A DNA stretch of 64,000 nt, taken from Thelocarpon superellum (lineage: Eukaryota). The stretch spans positions 1 to 64,000 of the forward strand of contig JAPEUG010000046.1 of the NCBI GenBank assembly GCA_026025795.1. The letters run 5' to 3'. A model generated the notes under the pieces. That model did not search any database and was not told where the DNA came from. It worked only from the letters and a program-made list of their open reading frames with translations. Below, piece by piece: positions 23,470 through 35,136 of this stretch (the first letter of the stretch is position 1; each line of letters begins with the position of its first letter). Both the position numbers and the translations under genes were made by a program.

Positions 23470-26400
23470 ATGGGCGTGGATGCTCCGCTTCCGCCCCCCA
23501 CCGACTCGTCCACGCTCGAATCGGCCACCACCGCGCCCACCGTGACCGAGCACAAGGAGCTCGCATCTGATATCTCCCAGCGCACGGATCGCACGTCCTA
23601 TTCCATCCCAGACGACGGCAGTCCCATCACCATCTCCACCCGCCGCAAGCGACCCGGCCGTGAACGGGACGGCGACAGCACCCTGACCCGTGCCTCCCAC
23701 CAGTCTCAGACCTCCCTGCTCATCGAGTACTTTGAGGGCGCGCGCAGCGGCAGTCAGGTCAACGCACGACCCAGCGTCCGTGTCAAGGTCACTCCATCCG
23801 CAGCGCGGAAGATCAAGGACAATCACGACCATATCCAGATCTCCGAGACCGGCCGGAACCGGCAGCCTTCGTACACCAAACGCATTTCCCTCTCGCCCCG
23901 CGTGCACACCGACCCCGCCCACGGCGAGAGCGGCGACGACCGCAGCCTGAGCTCCTACGCCTCCGCCACCGAAGAGTCCATCCTCCCCTCCCGTCGGCCG
24001 CCGGTCGAGATCGAAGTTATGCATAAGGATCCACCCTCACCTCGCGACCGGCGCTACGTACCGCCCAACCCCTCGGAGATCTCGTCCATGCCCCCGGACA
24101 GCGTTCTCGAGACCTCTACCCGAACTCGCACCCCGACGCGCGAGCGCACCCCTAGTCCATCCCAGCCGCGAGGCGAAACCTCGCTCAAGACGCCCTCGCG
24201 CCGACGAAGCCGAAGCTTGAGTCGCGAGCGTATCGCGCAAAAGGTCATTGAGAAGCTCGGCAACAAGCCTGTGGAAAAGATTGTGGAGTCAAGCAGCCGG
24301 CAGAAGCGGCCGAGCAAGAGCCGAAGCCGGAGCGTTAGCAAGGAGCATATCGAGGCCAGTCGACCGTCGCCGCGTCGTCGTTCGAGCCGGACCCATGCCG
24401 AGGAAGATTTAGTGAGTGGAGCCGAGTCGAGTCTGGTCACGCACTCGGGCGTCTCGTCCAACCGTAAGTCGGTCGACCAGAACTCCTTCCGCTCCAACAC
24501 GTCCAAGTCGTCTCTCAACAACCCGCGCCTGCTCGAGGCCGTTGAAGATGCCATCAAGCGATTGCTACCGGAGCTCACAGCCCTGAAGCATGAGCGTCGC
24601 TCTCGCCACGAGTCGAGCAGTGGCCAACGTGTCCGCCGTGACACCGTCACCGATATCGACTATGTCGAGGGAGGCGAGAGCTCACGACGTGTACCGCGCA
24701 AGACCTCGGGTGGCACGGACCGCCCCAAGGTCGTCCTGAATGGTGATGAGCACGGTTCAGGCCTGGTCTTGTCGGGTGATTCGGTCAAGGGCCGGAAGGT
24801 GCGAAAAAGTTCCAAGAGCGCGAGTGCCTCCCCAGTGGACAGCTACGACCGGGGCGTCTCTGAGGACACGGTGGTGGAGGAGAAGTCTCACAAAAAGCGA
24901 AGCAAGGACCGACACACCGCCCGTGACGCCCTGGCCGTCGGTGCGGCCGGCGCCCTCACTGCCGCTGCCTTGCGGCACCACGACTCCAAGTCCAGCGTCG
25001 AGCGACAAGATCGACAAGAACGACAGGAGCGCCGAAAACGACGGAGCAAGAGCCGTAGCCGGAGCGCCAGTCTTGCGGAAAGTCTTGAGTCCCCACGTCC
25101 CCACGAGATTCCGCCCATGCCCATGAGCAGCGACATCCAGGGCTCCGAGGTGACCCGCGAATCTATCTTAACCGTGCGCACCGAGCGCCCGCCATCAGCC
25201 ACGTCGCAGGAACGATATCCCCACGCGCCAGACCCTCCATCCCCTGGGCCCCGGCGCTTGACCAAAGCGCCGCCGCGATCCCCTCGTGATCTCGAGACCG
25301 GTCACGGCCACCGGTCCCGGGGCGACATCAGCCTCGACAGCGTGCCCAGTGACAAGAGCGTGCGGAGGAGTGACCATCTAGGCCGGGCGGTGGCGGCCGG
25401 CCTCGCCGCGGCCGGCATTACCGCGGCCGGCACCCACAAACGTTCAGGTCGAGATAGCGGGGCCCTGGTCGATGACCGATCCCGCGAGGTGGAGACGCAC
25501 GACTATGATACGGGACGTGATGGGGGTCTTAGTCCCATCCAGAGCGTTGCCAGCTCGCGCGAAGACCGGCTCCACGACGATCATTACCGGCAGTCATCTC
25601 GGCGGGTCCGAGACTCTGCGTCACTCGCCTCGCCCACCAAAGACTTTCGTCGGCAGAACTCCGGGCTTTCTACCGATTCCATGTCGTCTGCTGCCAGCGG
25701 ACAGCTCATCGGAACTCAGAAGCACACAGATTCGCCCATAGCGAATGAGGATGACAAAGAGTACTGGCACGAGCAACATCAGGAGAATGAGCGAAATCGG
25801 GCCCTGCAGCAGGGTCTGGCGCGCGACCCAACCATTGACATCAAACACATGACAAATTACACCGACGACAGTATGGACGGAGCCTTTCTCGAGCGCGCTG
25901 CGGCCGGTCAACATGTCGTTGGCATTGGCGCCAATCCCGAATATCGTCACACCCCTGTAGCGGTCTCGTCGGCTGTTGCGTCGCTGCATGAACCGTCGGT
26001 GGTGGATCTGCACTCAACCCGCTCGTACCAGGACTCGCTGGACGATGAACGTTACGATGACGTCACGGATCGTAGCCAACGTCACAGTCCTAGCAAGACC
26101 GGATATCATGGGGGCCAGCGGGAGATCTCGCCGGAGCATGTCACTCTCGGCGCCAGTGGTGTGCCGGTCGCCGATGATCCCATGCCGGAGATCGGGCATG
26201 GGCTGAGTGACGAGTCCGACATCAATACCAATCCCTCCATCATCCAAGGGCCCATCGGCGGCATTCAACATGAGAACCGGGATCACTGGCCCTACGAGCC
26301 CACTCCTCCCCACTCGAACGGAAATCTTCTCGCCGGTGTTGGCGAGGAACGAGAAGTGGCGCTTCTCGGCGCGGCCGCGGGTGTGGGGCTGGGTGCCGCG

Positions 26401-28646
26401 GTGGCGGGACAAAGTCACGGACGTGGGGCGGCACAAGAGGGGTATGGCTACAAAAATGCCGCCCAAGCCACGCCGGTGAAGGACGAGGGTTATATCTCCT
26501 CGGCAAATCCTCGGTCTCCAGGCGGTATCACGCCCGAACCGCGTGGCAAAGGGGTCGACATGTTCGATGCGGGTACGACAGCGGACATGGGCCTGGGTCT
26601 GTCGGCAGATGATCCCTTTACAAGCCAGAGCCACGCGCGTCATCTGAGCGGTAACTCACACGGCATGCCGTCCCCGCTGTATGACAGCGCCACGGGGAAA
26701 GGCGTCGATCGCATCCAGTCACGCGACGTAGTCGCCTTGATGGACCATCTCACTGTTCGGGACGCACAGCGAAACGCGCGCGACACGGAGATCCTGGTCA
26801 CGCTCGTCCGCAGCGCAGCGGAGATGCGCAATTCATTTGAAGACATGAAGCGGTTCCTGCTGGAGCACGAGAACCATATCATCAGCACCACGGAGACAAA
26901 CACGGAACGGTCGGTGCAAAAAGTCTTGCATGGACCTCGACCGTTGCCTTTGGGCAGCCCCCGCGGGCCTCGTCGGAGCTCGGCCGAGGTGGACATGTTG
27001 GAGGATGTGCCGACCAAGCGACGGAATGTCTTCCGGAGGGCCTTGAAGGGGCTTAGCATGCGCAGCACCAACGACTTGACCAAGATCGAAGAGATGTAAG
27101 TGGAACAAGCTGGAATGGGAAGAGGAAGACTGACAGCGCGCAGGCTGGTGCAACTGCTGGGAGACGTCGAAGGGCTCAAAGCGGCGCAGGACCCTCGGCC
27201 GACCGGCGCGCCTACCACCAACCCCAGCTCTTACGATAACCTTCGTACGGTCCCCGAGGGCTACGAACCAGAAGGGCAGGCCGGCACGGGCTCCACAAAC
27301 CCGACGGGATCGGGGTATTTCTCGAACCCTCCGTCGCGCCAGCCCAGTGCGATGCGAGGGATCGAGGGTCGGCGGACGTCGGATCATCGGATCAGCACGG
27401 TGCCAGAAGGAGACGAGGAGATGCACGGCTACGACGACCGACCGGCCACGCCAACGTACGAGAACACGGAACAGGTTCTCACGCCCACACGCCAGAGCCC
27501 ACAGCTTGAGCAGCACGAGCAGTACCTTGCGCCTCAATCCGGGCCGACCCGGGGGGCGTCGCTCCCGCTCGACACGCCGCCGCAAGCGCAAGCAACACCA
27601 GGCACCAAGAGCAATGAGAACACGCCGCGGACGGAGAAGGGGCGGAAGCACAAGTCCAACAGCTCGTCCATCTTCCCCAAGATCTCGCGATGGTCGGAGA
27701 CGACGGCGTCCACGGTCGCGAGACAATTTCGCGGCGGAGCTCGCAAGGGCGCCGTCTACTCGGAACCAGCGTCGCAATCGGGCTCGGAGCAGGATCTCTG
27801 GGGGGATATTCACCACGATCCGCACGGTGCCGACCGACTGCCGGGCCTGTATCATGACCAGCAAACGCCGCCAACCAGCCTCGATCAACGTGCGCCGTCG
27901 CCGCTCATCCCCGAGGTGCCGCCGATTCCACAGGACTATCAAGAAGATCCCAAATACCAGGTCCACCGCGATTCGCAGAATCTCCAACACCCACAGCCGC
28001 GACCGGGACCGACGTATCGGTATCAGAACCGGCTGGAGTCGCACATCGACGAGTTCGGGTACTCGCCGTCGGTAACGTCGGAGCCTGGCCTTTCCAATCC
28101 AACCCTGAATCGTCTGTCGGGCGGATCTGGCACGCGATATAGCGGAGGCGCAGGGAACCCGTCTCCCGTCTCGGACGCGGGATACTCTCAAGCCTCCGCG
28201 GCCGATCAGACGGCGCCTCCACGGCCGCCCAAGATTCCAGACGAGCCACTGGTGCCGGCTCCTTTGGAGCGTGGATCTGGTCAATTGACGCCGCAGCAAG
28301 TCAACAAGAGCCGATTTAGCGACGGGTCGAACTACAGCGGGGTAGGTGGTCATCCGTCTTTGCTCCTCTCGTGAGCCCCCCATGTTGACGTGCCCTCCAG
28401 ATGAACGGATCCCCGCGTTCGGCATCGGGGCAAGTGCCGCAACGCAAACCGACCGGACCTCGACCCATTTCCGCCGTGCCTAATTATGGAACGGACCCAT
28501 CGCCGGGAGGAAGGCAGCGGAACCGCAATCGAGGTGTGTACTGGGCCGCTTCCGCACGAGGAATGAGCACCCCGCTGACATTGATTGACGCAGATACATT
28601 TGGATTAAGCGCGCAAGCGCACCATCCCGACGACGATACTTTCTGA
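23470..28646 (+). CDS. Large (about 1680 aa), mostly disordered conserved fungal protein of unknown function
   Basis: 1209-aa first exon joined through introns at 27096-27143, about 28342-28400 and 28534-28593. Conserved-looking islands SQTSLLIEYFEG, PSVRVKVTP and DRIQSRDVVALMDHLTVRDAQRNARDTEILVTLVRSAAEMRNSF (coiled-coil-like). Confidence 0.85.
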
Positions 28647-29228
28647 GGAATCTTCATCGTCCCGCTTCTCCTAACACTCCTTTTTCTCTCTGTTCCCTCT
28701 TCCGCGTTCGGGTCCACTTCGGCTCTAAAGTCTTGTATTTCTCGGCGAGCGTGAACAAGTGCGTGAGCGGGAGCGGCAAAATCTTCGAGTACGATAGGAG
28801 CGACGTGTGTGCATCAAGCCATGGATGCGTCAATCAATCAAGCATTACACTCAGTCCCGCGTGCAGCGTGCAGTGTCTAATGTGGCGAGGACCACGAAGG
28901 CGAAGATGGAATACACGATTCGAGTCAAGACGCTTCCGCGCCGTGATACTTACCGCTGTCATGGTACTCCAACGCGGCAGGGTCACGGCGCGGAAGTGCT
29001 TCTAAAGTATCAGTGACTTCACGGGTCCCTCCAGGACCCCCCCCATTCCTTTCTTTTTCTTGCCCCGCTTATCTAGCACCCCCCATCACTCTCCGCACGC
29101 CTTCGTCCGTTGCACCTCGCGCAGGTCCTTGACTTCTTCCTCTCTTATGCACATCCTACGCCTTTGACTGTAATATTCACATTTTCGCTATCGAAGCCAC
29201 GCAACGGTCGAGTTCAGCAGCTGGCATC

Positions 29229-30095
29229 ATGCCTGGCTATTGCTTCCAGTTTGCAGAGTCAGGACTATGCCGGTATGGCTATGCGTGCAAATATCCCCAT
29301 GTCTTGCACAAGGAACGTCGCGTCACCTCTTGCCTCGGTCAGGAGAACGAGACTGACGTCTCATCTGACAGGCTCCAATCCCGAACAAGAACAAGGGGAA
29401 GAAGAAGAACATGAATACTACCACCCATACCAACACCAAGCAGAAGACCAGCAAGCCCCGCAAGAAGAAGGCGGTACATGCGGGGCACCTCGACACCTTC
29501 TTTGCAGGATATCCCGAATTCAACTACCGTCGAGGCCAGTCCTCGACGCGCGAATTCTACCGCATGTGTGACTTCTTTGGCTGGGACCGCGACGATCCTG
29601 AGCGGGGCGAGGCCCACGACGACTTCAAAACGGCCTTGGTGCAGCAGTTCAACAGCCTCTATGGCACCGACGAAGAAAGCATCGAGTCGTGGCGTGGCCT
29701 TTGTCTTGCACTGGACGTCGATCCGCTCCCCGACAATGTCAAAGACGCCAAAGAGGTAGGTATCGTCACCGACCTTTCATCCTGCCGTGGCAAGCATGCG
29801 TGCGTGCGCGCGCGCGCGGACGGTATACTTCTCTCAACCCGCGCGAACGTGGAAGATAACGAGCGTGTAGATCTTCAAGGGCATGTTTGTCAACCTCGTT
29901 GACCTCGTCGACACAGCCAATACCGGCGACGAGGTCACGCAGTTCGGCAGCCTCGAGGAATTGAAGGAATATACGATTAACACGGGCAAGTACTTTCCCA
30001 AGGAATCGGCGTACGCGGGCGGCATGCTCAAGCACTTGCTTCGCGAGATCGTGAACAAGTACCACAATGGCGTGTCTGGTCGCAGGCGCCGCTAG
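29229..30095 (+). CDS. CCCH zinc-finger protein with an uncharacterised fungal helical domain
   Basis: N-terminal C-x8-C-x5-C-x3-H (CFQFAESGLCRYGYACKYPH) and a basic linker. The domain reads FFAGYPEFNY...EFYRMCDFFGW...FNSLYGTD...SWRGLC...|IFKGMFVNLVDL...KYFPKESAYAGGMLKHLLREI. Intron 29756-29870 is clear; the first intron acceptor is at 29371 but its donor is weak or uncertain. Confidence 0.8.
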
Positions 30096-30395
30096 ACTTG
30101 TGGGACTTGGGATGGAGGGCCGTGGAAGTGGAGGCGGAAGTATGGGCAGTAGTTGCTCGGGTGTGGACGAGACGAGGCTGACCTGCCTCACCACCACGCT
30201 AATTCATGATTGGGATCAAGTTTTGATCCCGCGGGGAGATCTGACTGGAGGGCTCCTCATGCAGCAAAGAGGGGTCAGATGCATGTCCACGTCAGTAGTA
30301 GCGAGGTAGTAGAATGGACAGCGACGCTACTCCCGCAATCCAGGAGTGCGCCGATAGAGTCCGAAGGGTCAAGAGAGCTGTAGCCCCAACAAACC

Positions 30396-31265
30396 ATGGA
30401 TCCCAAACGCACGATGTAACCGGGCGAGATCTGGTGGCTACGGAAGAGAGATGAGATTGAACCGGCTCTGCTCGCGGGCGCGGACATTGACGATGGCTGC
30501 TTCAATCACCCTGTCGTGATCCTGGCTGCTCGTCTGGAGGACACCACGGCAGAGCTCCTCTTGGTCAGTATCAGCGATGGACAAATCTCAATGACGTGCC
30601 TCGCTCACCTCTCCCAGGTCACGTCAGTCAACGGCCGAAGTGTGCAACAGCGGTTTCGCGACAAGCCCGAGATCCAGCGCCGGTGTCTGCCCATCGAACC
30701 CGCCCCTGGCTTTGATGGCTGCGTCATGCTTCACCTCGATGGCAACGGCGAGCTCCCCAAACAGAGCTACGTTAGCATACAGGAGCACCGGGTGGTCCAG
30801 AAGGACCTTTTGGCTCCCGCCTATCGCGGCCGGCTCAAACTCAATACAGCTTCATTGCAGCACCTGGCCCGCATCGCCAAGGACAGGGAAAGCTTACGAG
30901 CAACTTCTTCCCACATTATTCGACGGCCTTTCGTCTACCCGGTCGCCCCCTCGTCTGTCCAGGGGCACGCGCTTGCCCCGGCGTTGCGTGCGCCGGCCCG
31001 GCCGCCACCCCGAACACTCCAAACACAAGAGGATCGGAGAGCGTCAAGCCAACACAGCTACGTTAGACCTCCGATTGCCCGTCAAGAGCGACAGCAACGT
31101 GCCGCTTCTGTCAGCAATGAGCGAACCCGCTCCTCCCGTTCTACGAGCCCGTTCGTCTTCGATCTTCAACGCCTTGTAGTCCTGTACCTCCTTGGTTGGT
31201 GCCTCGTGCAATTTTCTTTCTTTTTCGGTATTCCATCTATCTCCTCTGTTTACACTACGTGGTAA
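30396..31265 (+). pseudogene. MazF/PemK-like-motif protein with a C-terminal transmembrane tail, interrupted by an in-frame TAA at codon 8
   Basis: ATG GAT CCC AAA CGC ACG ATG TAA(30417-30419) CCG GGC GAG ATC TGG TGG continues in frame as PGEIWWL...CFNHPVVIL...ELLL|VTS...LPIEP...LPKQSYVSI...LKLNTASLQHL. Intron 30564-30617. Hydrophobic C-terminus LVVLYLLGWCLVQFSFFFGI. Confidence 0.6.
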
Positions 31266-31659
31266 GGAAGTAGATGTGGATGTGATATTGCTGGGGCATT
31301 ACGTACATGTATCGAGATGAGATGCGACAAGTTGGGATCTGGTACGATTGGACTAGGGTTGTGAAAATCGCATTCGCGGTCTGCGCTGGGAGATAACAGG
31401 ACTCGCCTTCATTGGGTAGGTGTGCGAGTCCGCTTTGGCCTGTGTACGAGTCGGAACAGCTTAAAGTGCCATTCGCTGCCTTCGACCGAGGTCGTGAACT
31501 GTACGGCTGCCCAACCATCCTGGGCCCTTACCCCGCACGGAACGCGGTCGAAGTAAGCAGAGGCATCAAGCCCAGGACCAAGTGGCACATCATCAGTCTA
31601 CGCAGTCAAAGGCCACGCTCCTCCTCGTCATCTACCTACCTTGAACCCCCATCTCAACC

Positions 31660-32259
31660 ATGGACGCAATGTACAGGCTCCTTTGGGTACGTTGAGGGAA
31701 TCCCATGCCAAGCTCTCGTGCTGGGTAGCTTGGCTCCCAATAGCCTGGCGTTCCCTGGTTAGGAGACATATCCAGCGACGTTGGCCAGTCAGTTCCAGAT
31801 AACCTTCCGCTTACACAGGCGCCATGATAGGAAGCGGGAGCAGCCGGCGCGGCAGCGGCGGTCGAAATAGGACGGTCCCCCGCCAGTCAAGCGGCCGCCG
31901 GCGCCATCGGGAGTGCTAGAGCCGCGGCAATGACGCATGTCGAGAAGAATCCAAAGGCAACGGCGGGTACGGTTGTAATGGTGGTGCTGACGCGGGCTCT
32001 GGGGCCCGCGTGGCTTGTGAGAATTCCAATGGCATCTTTACTGAAATTGGTGGGGTTTGGCGCGAGCGGGGTCGCGTATGGTATGCCCCCTCCAACTCTG
32101 CTAGTGCTTCAAGTGACAAATTGGAGACAGTGGCTGATGATTTGGTGTCGTTCGATGCTAGGGTCGATTGCTGCATCCGACCAGTCGTCGTTTTATGGAG
32201 CTTATGTTCCTGCGGGGAGTGTGTTCTCTTTCGCGCAGTCTGTCGGCATGACTTTCTGA
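31660..32259 (+). CDS. Small hydrophobic ISG12/IFI27 (Ifi-6-16)-motif protein (5' exon structure uncertain)
   Basis: Spliced C-terminus LLKLVGFGASGVAY|GSIAASDQSSFYGAYVPAGSVFSFAQSVGM matches the ISG12 motif GF..G(I/V)..GS.AA..QS..G...AGS.F...QS.G. Intron about 32081-32161. Candidate exon 1 is 31660-31686. Confidence 0.7.
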
Positions 32260-32464
32260 ATTTCGCCGGGGGGTCCGCCCCGGTGTCTGAGGGGGCCCCG
32301 GGTTGACCACGACAACCTCAGTGAAACTATGTCTAGAAACAGCTGAAAAGCCCCTAGCTACGTGTAGGAAATTTGGGTGACTTGGAGGCATATTTCTCCT
32401 GGCTATGCTTCTTGGAGTCCTTCTGCGATTCCAACCTCACCACCAAGAGTCCCTCGATGATGTC

Positions 32465-34582
32465 CTACGCCGGCACAGCTGCGCCGTCGCCCCTTGGATC
32501 ACTGCCTGCGCTATGAATTATAATGCCCGTGTCGGGATCAGTATGGAGCTTGATGACCTGGCCCCTGCCAAACAGGCCCCTCCCCCACCCCGTCACGAAG
32601 CGGACTTGATGACCCCATTCGCGCAACTGCGCCGCCACCGACGGAGAGATGCCCTCTTCGAGATTGATGAGCGCGTCGTTGAGAAAAGGCGCATAGTGTC
32701 CGATGGCTTGGCCCTTCGGGCCCTGCGATTGCTGCTGCTGCTCTTCATTCAGAGGGGGCATGCCGGCGCCGATGCAGACCCGGGGCGCGTCGAGCGCCGC
32801 TTGTGGCGTCTGTCGGAAGGCGAGCATGTTCAGCAGGACTTGTACATGCCCTTGTGGCTGCATGTAGCCGCCCATGACGCCAAAGATGGTGTTGAGCGAT
32901 TGATCATCTGCGTTGGTGACCATGGCTGGAATGATGGTGTGGTAGGGCCGTTTGGCGGGAGCGAGAACATTCGGGTGTGTGGGCTCGAGGCGGAAGCTTG
33001 CGCCGCGGTTATGCAGCGTGAAGCCACATCCGCGCGGTACGATGCCGCTGCCGAAGCCACCGAAGTTGCTGTTGATGAATGACGTGCCGTTGCCCTCACC
33101 GTCTGTCACCGCAAAGTAGACCGTATCGCTGAGGTTATGCGCAGGGGAGCCGTGATCGATGTCGGGGTTAGCTCGACCGGGCATGAAGAGCTTGGCTCGT
33201 TCCGCCAGGTACCCGTTGGAAAGGAGTTCTTCCGTCGGGATGCTTTCAAAGCTCGGATCCGCCACGAACCAGTGCGCGTCGGCAAAGGCGATTCGCAAGC
33301 TTTCAATGACGGCGTGAAGGTGTCTGCGGGCAGTCAATTAGCCTCTTTTACCGGGGACAAATGATCCACTTACTCGGCACTGTTGTGTTCGTGTTCCTCG
33401 AAGCGAGGAATCTTGCCGCTTCGCTCGAGTTCTTCCAGGATGCCCAAGGCCATCAGAGCCACGATCCCCTGACCGTTCGGCGGACACTCCCAGACGTCCA
33501 CTCCTTCATCCCCCTTTTTCGCCGTGTCCTGTCCACCATTTGTCGAGTCCCGTGAAACATTTCCGACGGCTTGTCCGTTGAACCTGATCGAGATTGGCTC
33601 CACCACGTCGCTCCCCTTTTCACCATGATTCGTTAGGTCGCTCAGACTGAGATGACCACCGCGAGCCTGTACGACTTTGATCAACTCTGCCGCCACATCG
33701 CCTTCATAGAACCCCTTCCTGCCGTGTTTCCCAAGCAGTCGGAACGTCTTGGCCAGATTGGCATTCTGAAAGATCTCTCCGGCTCTTGGTGCTCGCCTTC
33801 CACCCTCCGTGTGGATATCTGGCTTCAATATCTCTCCGAAGTTCGGCGACGCCTCGCGAAGGACATGTTCCTCAGCACGCCACTGGAATTGGAGTCAGGC
33901 GGGCGCGTTCATTGACTGAGGGATCCTGCACAGACCATTTCTGAAGAAAGCTCGGCGACGGGGTAGCCCTGCTCTGCAAGCTCAATGGCCGGCATCAGTA
34001 CTTGCTCGAGGCTCAGCTTACCACTGCCGAACTTGTCCACCATGTCGACCCAGCCGGCGGCAGCTCCTGGCGTCGTCACGGCATGGACGCTGTTCATGGG
34101 AATTCGTCCAAGCTGGCCGGGTTCTAGACCGAGCTCCTCTCGGATCCCGTCCAGGGTGATGTCGGACGCCGCTCGCCCAGATCCATTGAGCCCGCGAATG
34201 ATCTTGGATTTGGCAGAGTAGAAGAGAGCAAACATGTCTCCACCAATGCCCGTGGATGTCGGCTCCGTCACATTCAGGGCCGCAGCTAGACATGAGATCA
34301 GCGGCCAGCGGTGTCCTGTGTCTTCCAACACCTACCGACGGCGACCGCAGCGTCCTGAGGATGACACGATTAGCAACGCTTTCCGACTCCTGTCCTCTCA
34401 CTCACGGCGGCGTTGCCTCCCTCGCGCAAGATTCGGAGCCCGGCACGAGCGGCCAAGGGCTGTGTACAGGCGACCATGCCATTGGTGCCATGGACTACAC
34501 TTCTCCGACTGGGAAAGGAAATGAACTCTGGATCTGTGGCGGGGTAAATGGCCGGACTGGTGGTGAAAGGTTTGATTTGCAT
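32465..34582 (-). CDS. Gamma-glutamyltransferase family (Ntn-hydrolase), cytosolic type
   Basis: FPSRRSVVHGTNGMVACTQPLA, EPTSTGIGGDMF, TPGAAAGW, ECPPNGQG, catalytic Thr in SDTVYFAV, KRPYHTIIP, GVMGGYMQPQGH and GSDPRGDG. Several introns and no signal anchor. Confidence 0.95.
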
Positions 34583-35136
34583 GATGCAGAATGGCTCAAA
34601 TGTTGCTGGGTACTAGGGTGGACGATGTTCAAGCTTCAAGCTACAAGCTTCAGCCTCACCCATCCGTGAGGGGTAAGAGGGGTGTGGGCAACAAACGTTG
34701 GAGCTCCGAGCCCGTGGATTACTCATACTCGTACCCGCTTCTACGTGGAACGCGAAGGCCGGTAACGGACCGTGGGACAACGCAGACTGCAGACCGGACC
34801 AAAGCCGACTTGGGCCAACAGGATCGTGGAACCGCTCGTCAGTCGGTAACCTCGAGCGATCCGGTAGCTTCCACTGTGTAATTCGGCGAAGTGAAGAGAG
34901 CATCAAGCTAGGGCCGAGAGAGAGAGCCAGTTCGAGTCAACGCCATAGGGCTGATGTCATGTTGTGGCGCTCTCCTACAACACAGACTTACCCGGCGGAC
35001 AGACGTCGGAGCAGTCCAAAACTTTGACGCGAGCGTTCATTAATTTTGGCGCCGAGTGTTTACGGCGAGCTCCGCACACTCAGAGCCGCCAAGATCTGTG
35101 AAGAGCTCTCAGGCAGACGTTGTGCACGTTCATGAG

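Noticed and set aside
26833..28425. 530-aa antisense ORF (similar ones at 49274-50521, 62067-63308, 5056-5874 and 61316-62326)
   Set aside because: These lie opposite well-supported genes. High GC3 codon bias suppresses antisense stops, and the translations have no recognisable motifs.
29794..29818. Alternating purine-pyrimidine (GC/GT) tract with Z-DNA potential
   Set aside because: A short intronic microsatellite with no evidence of function.
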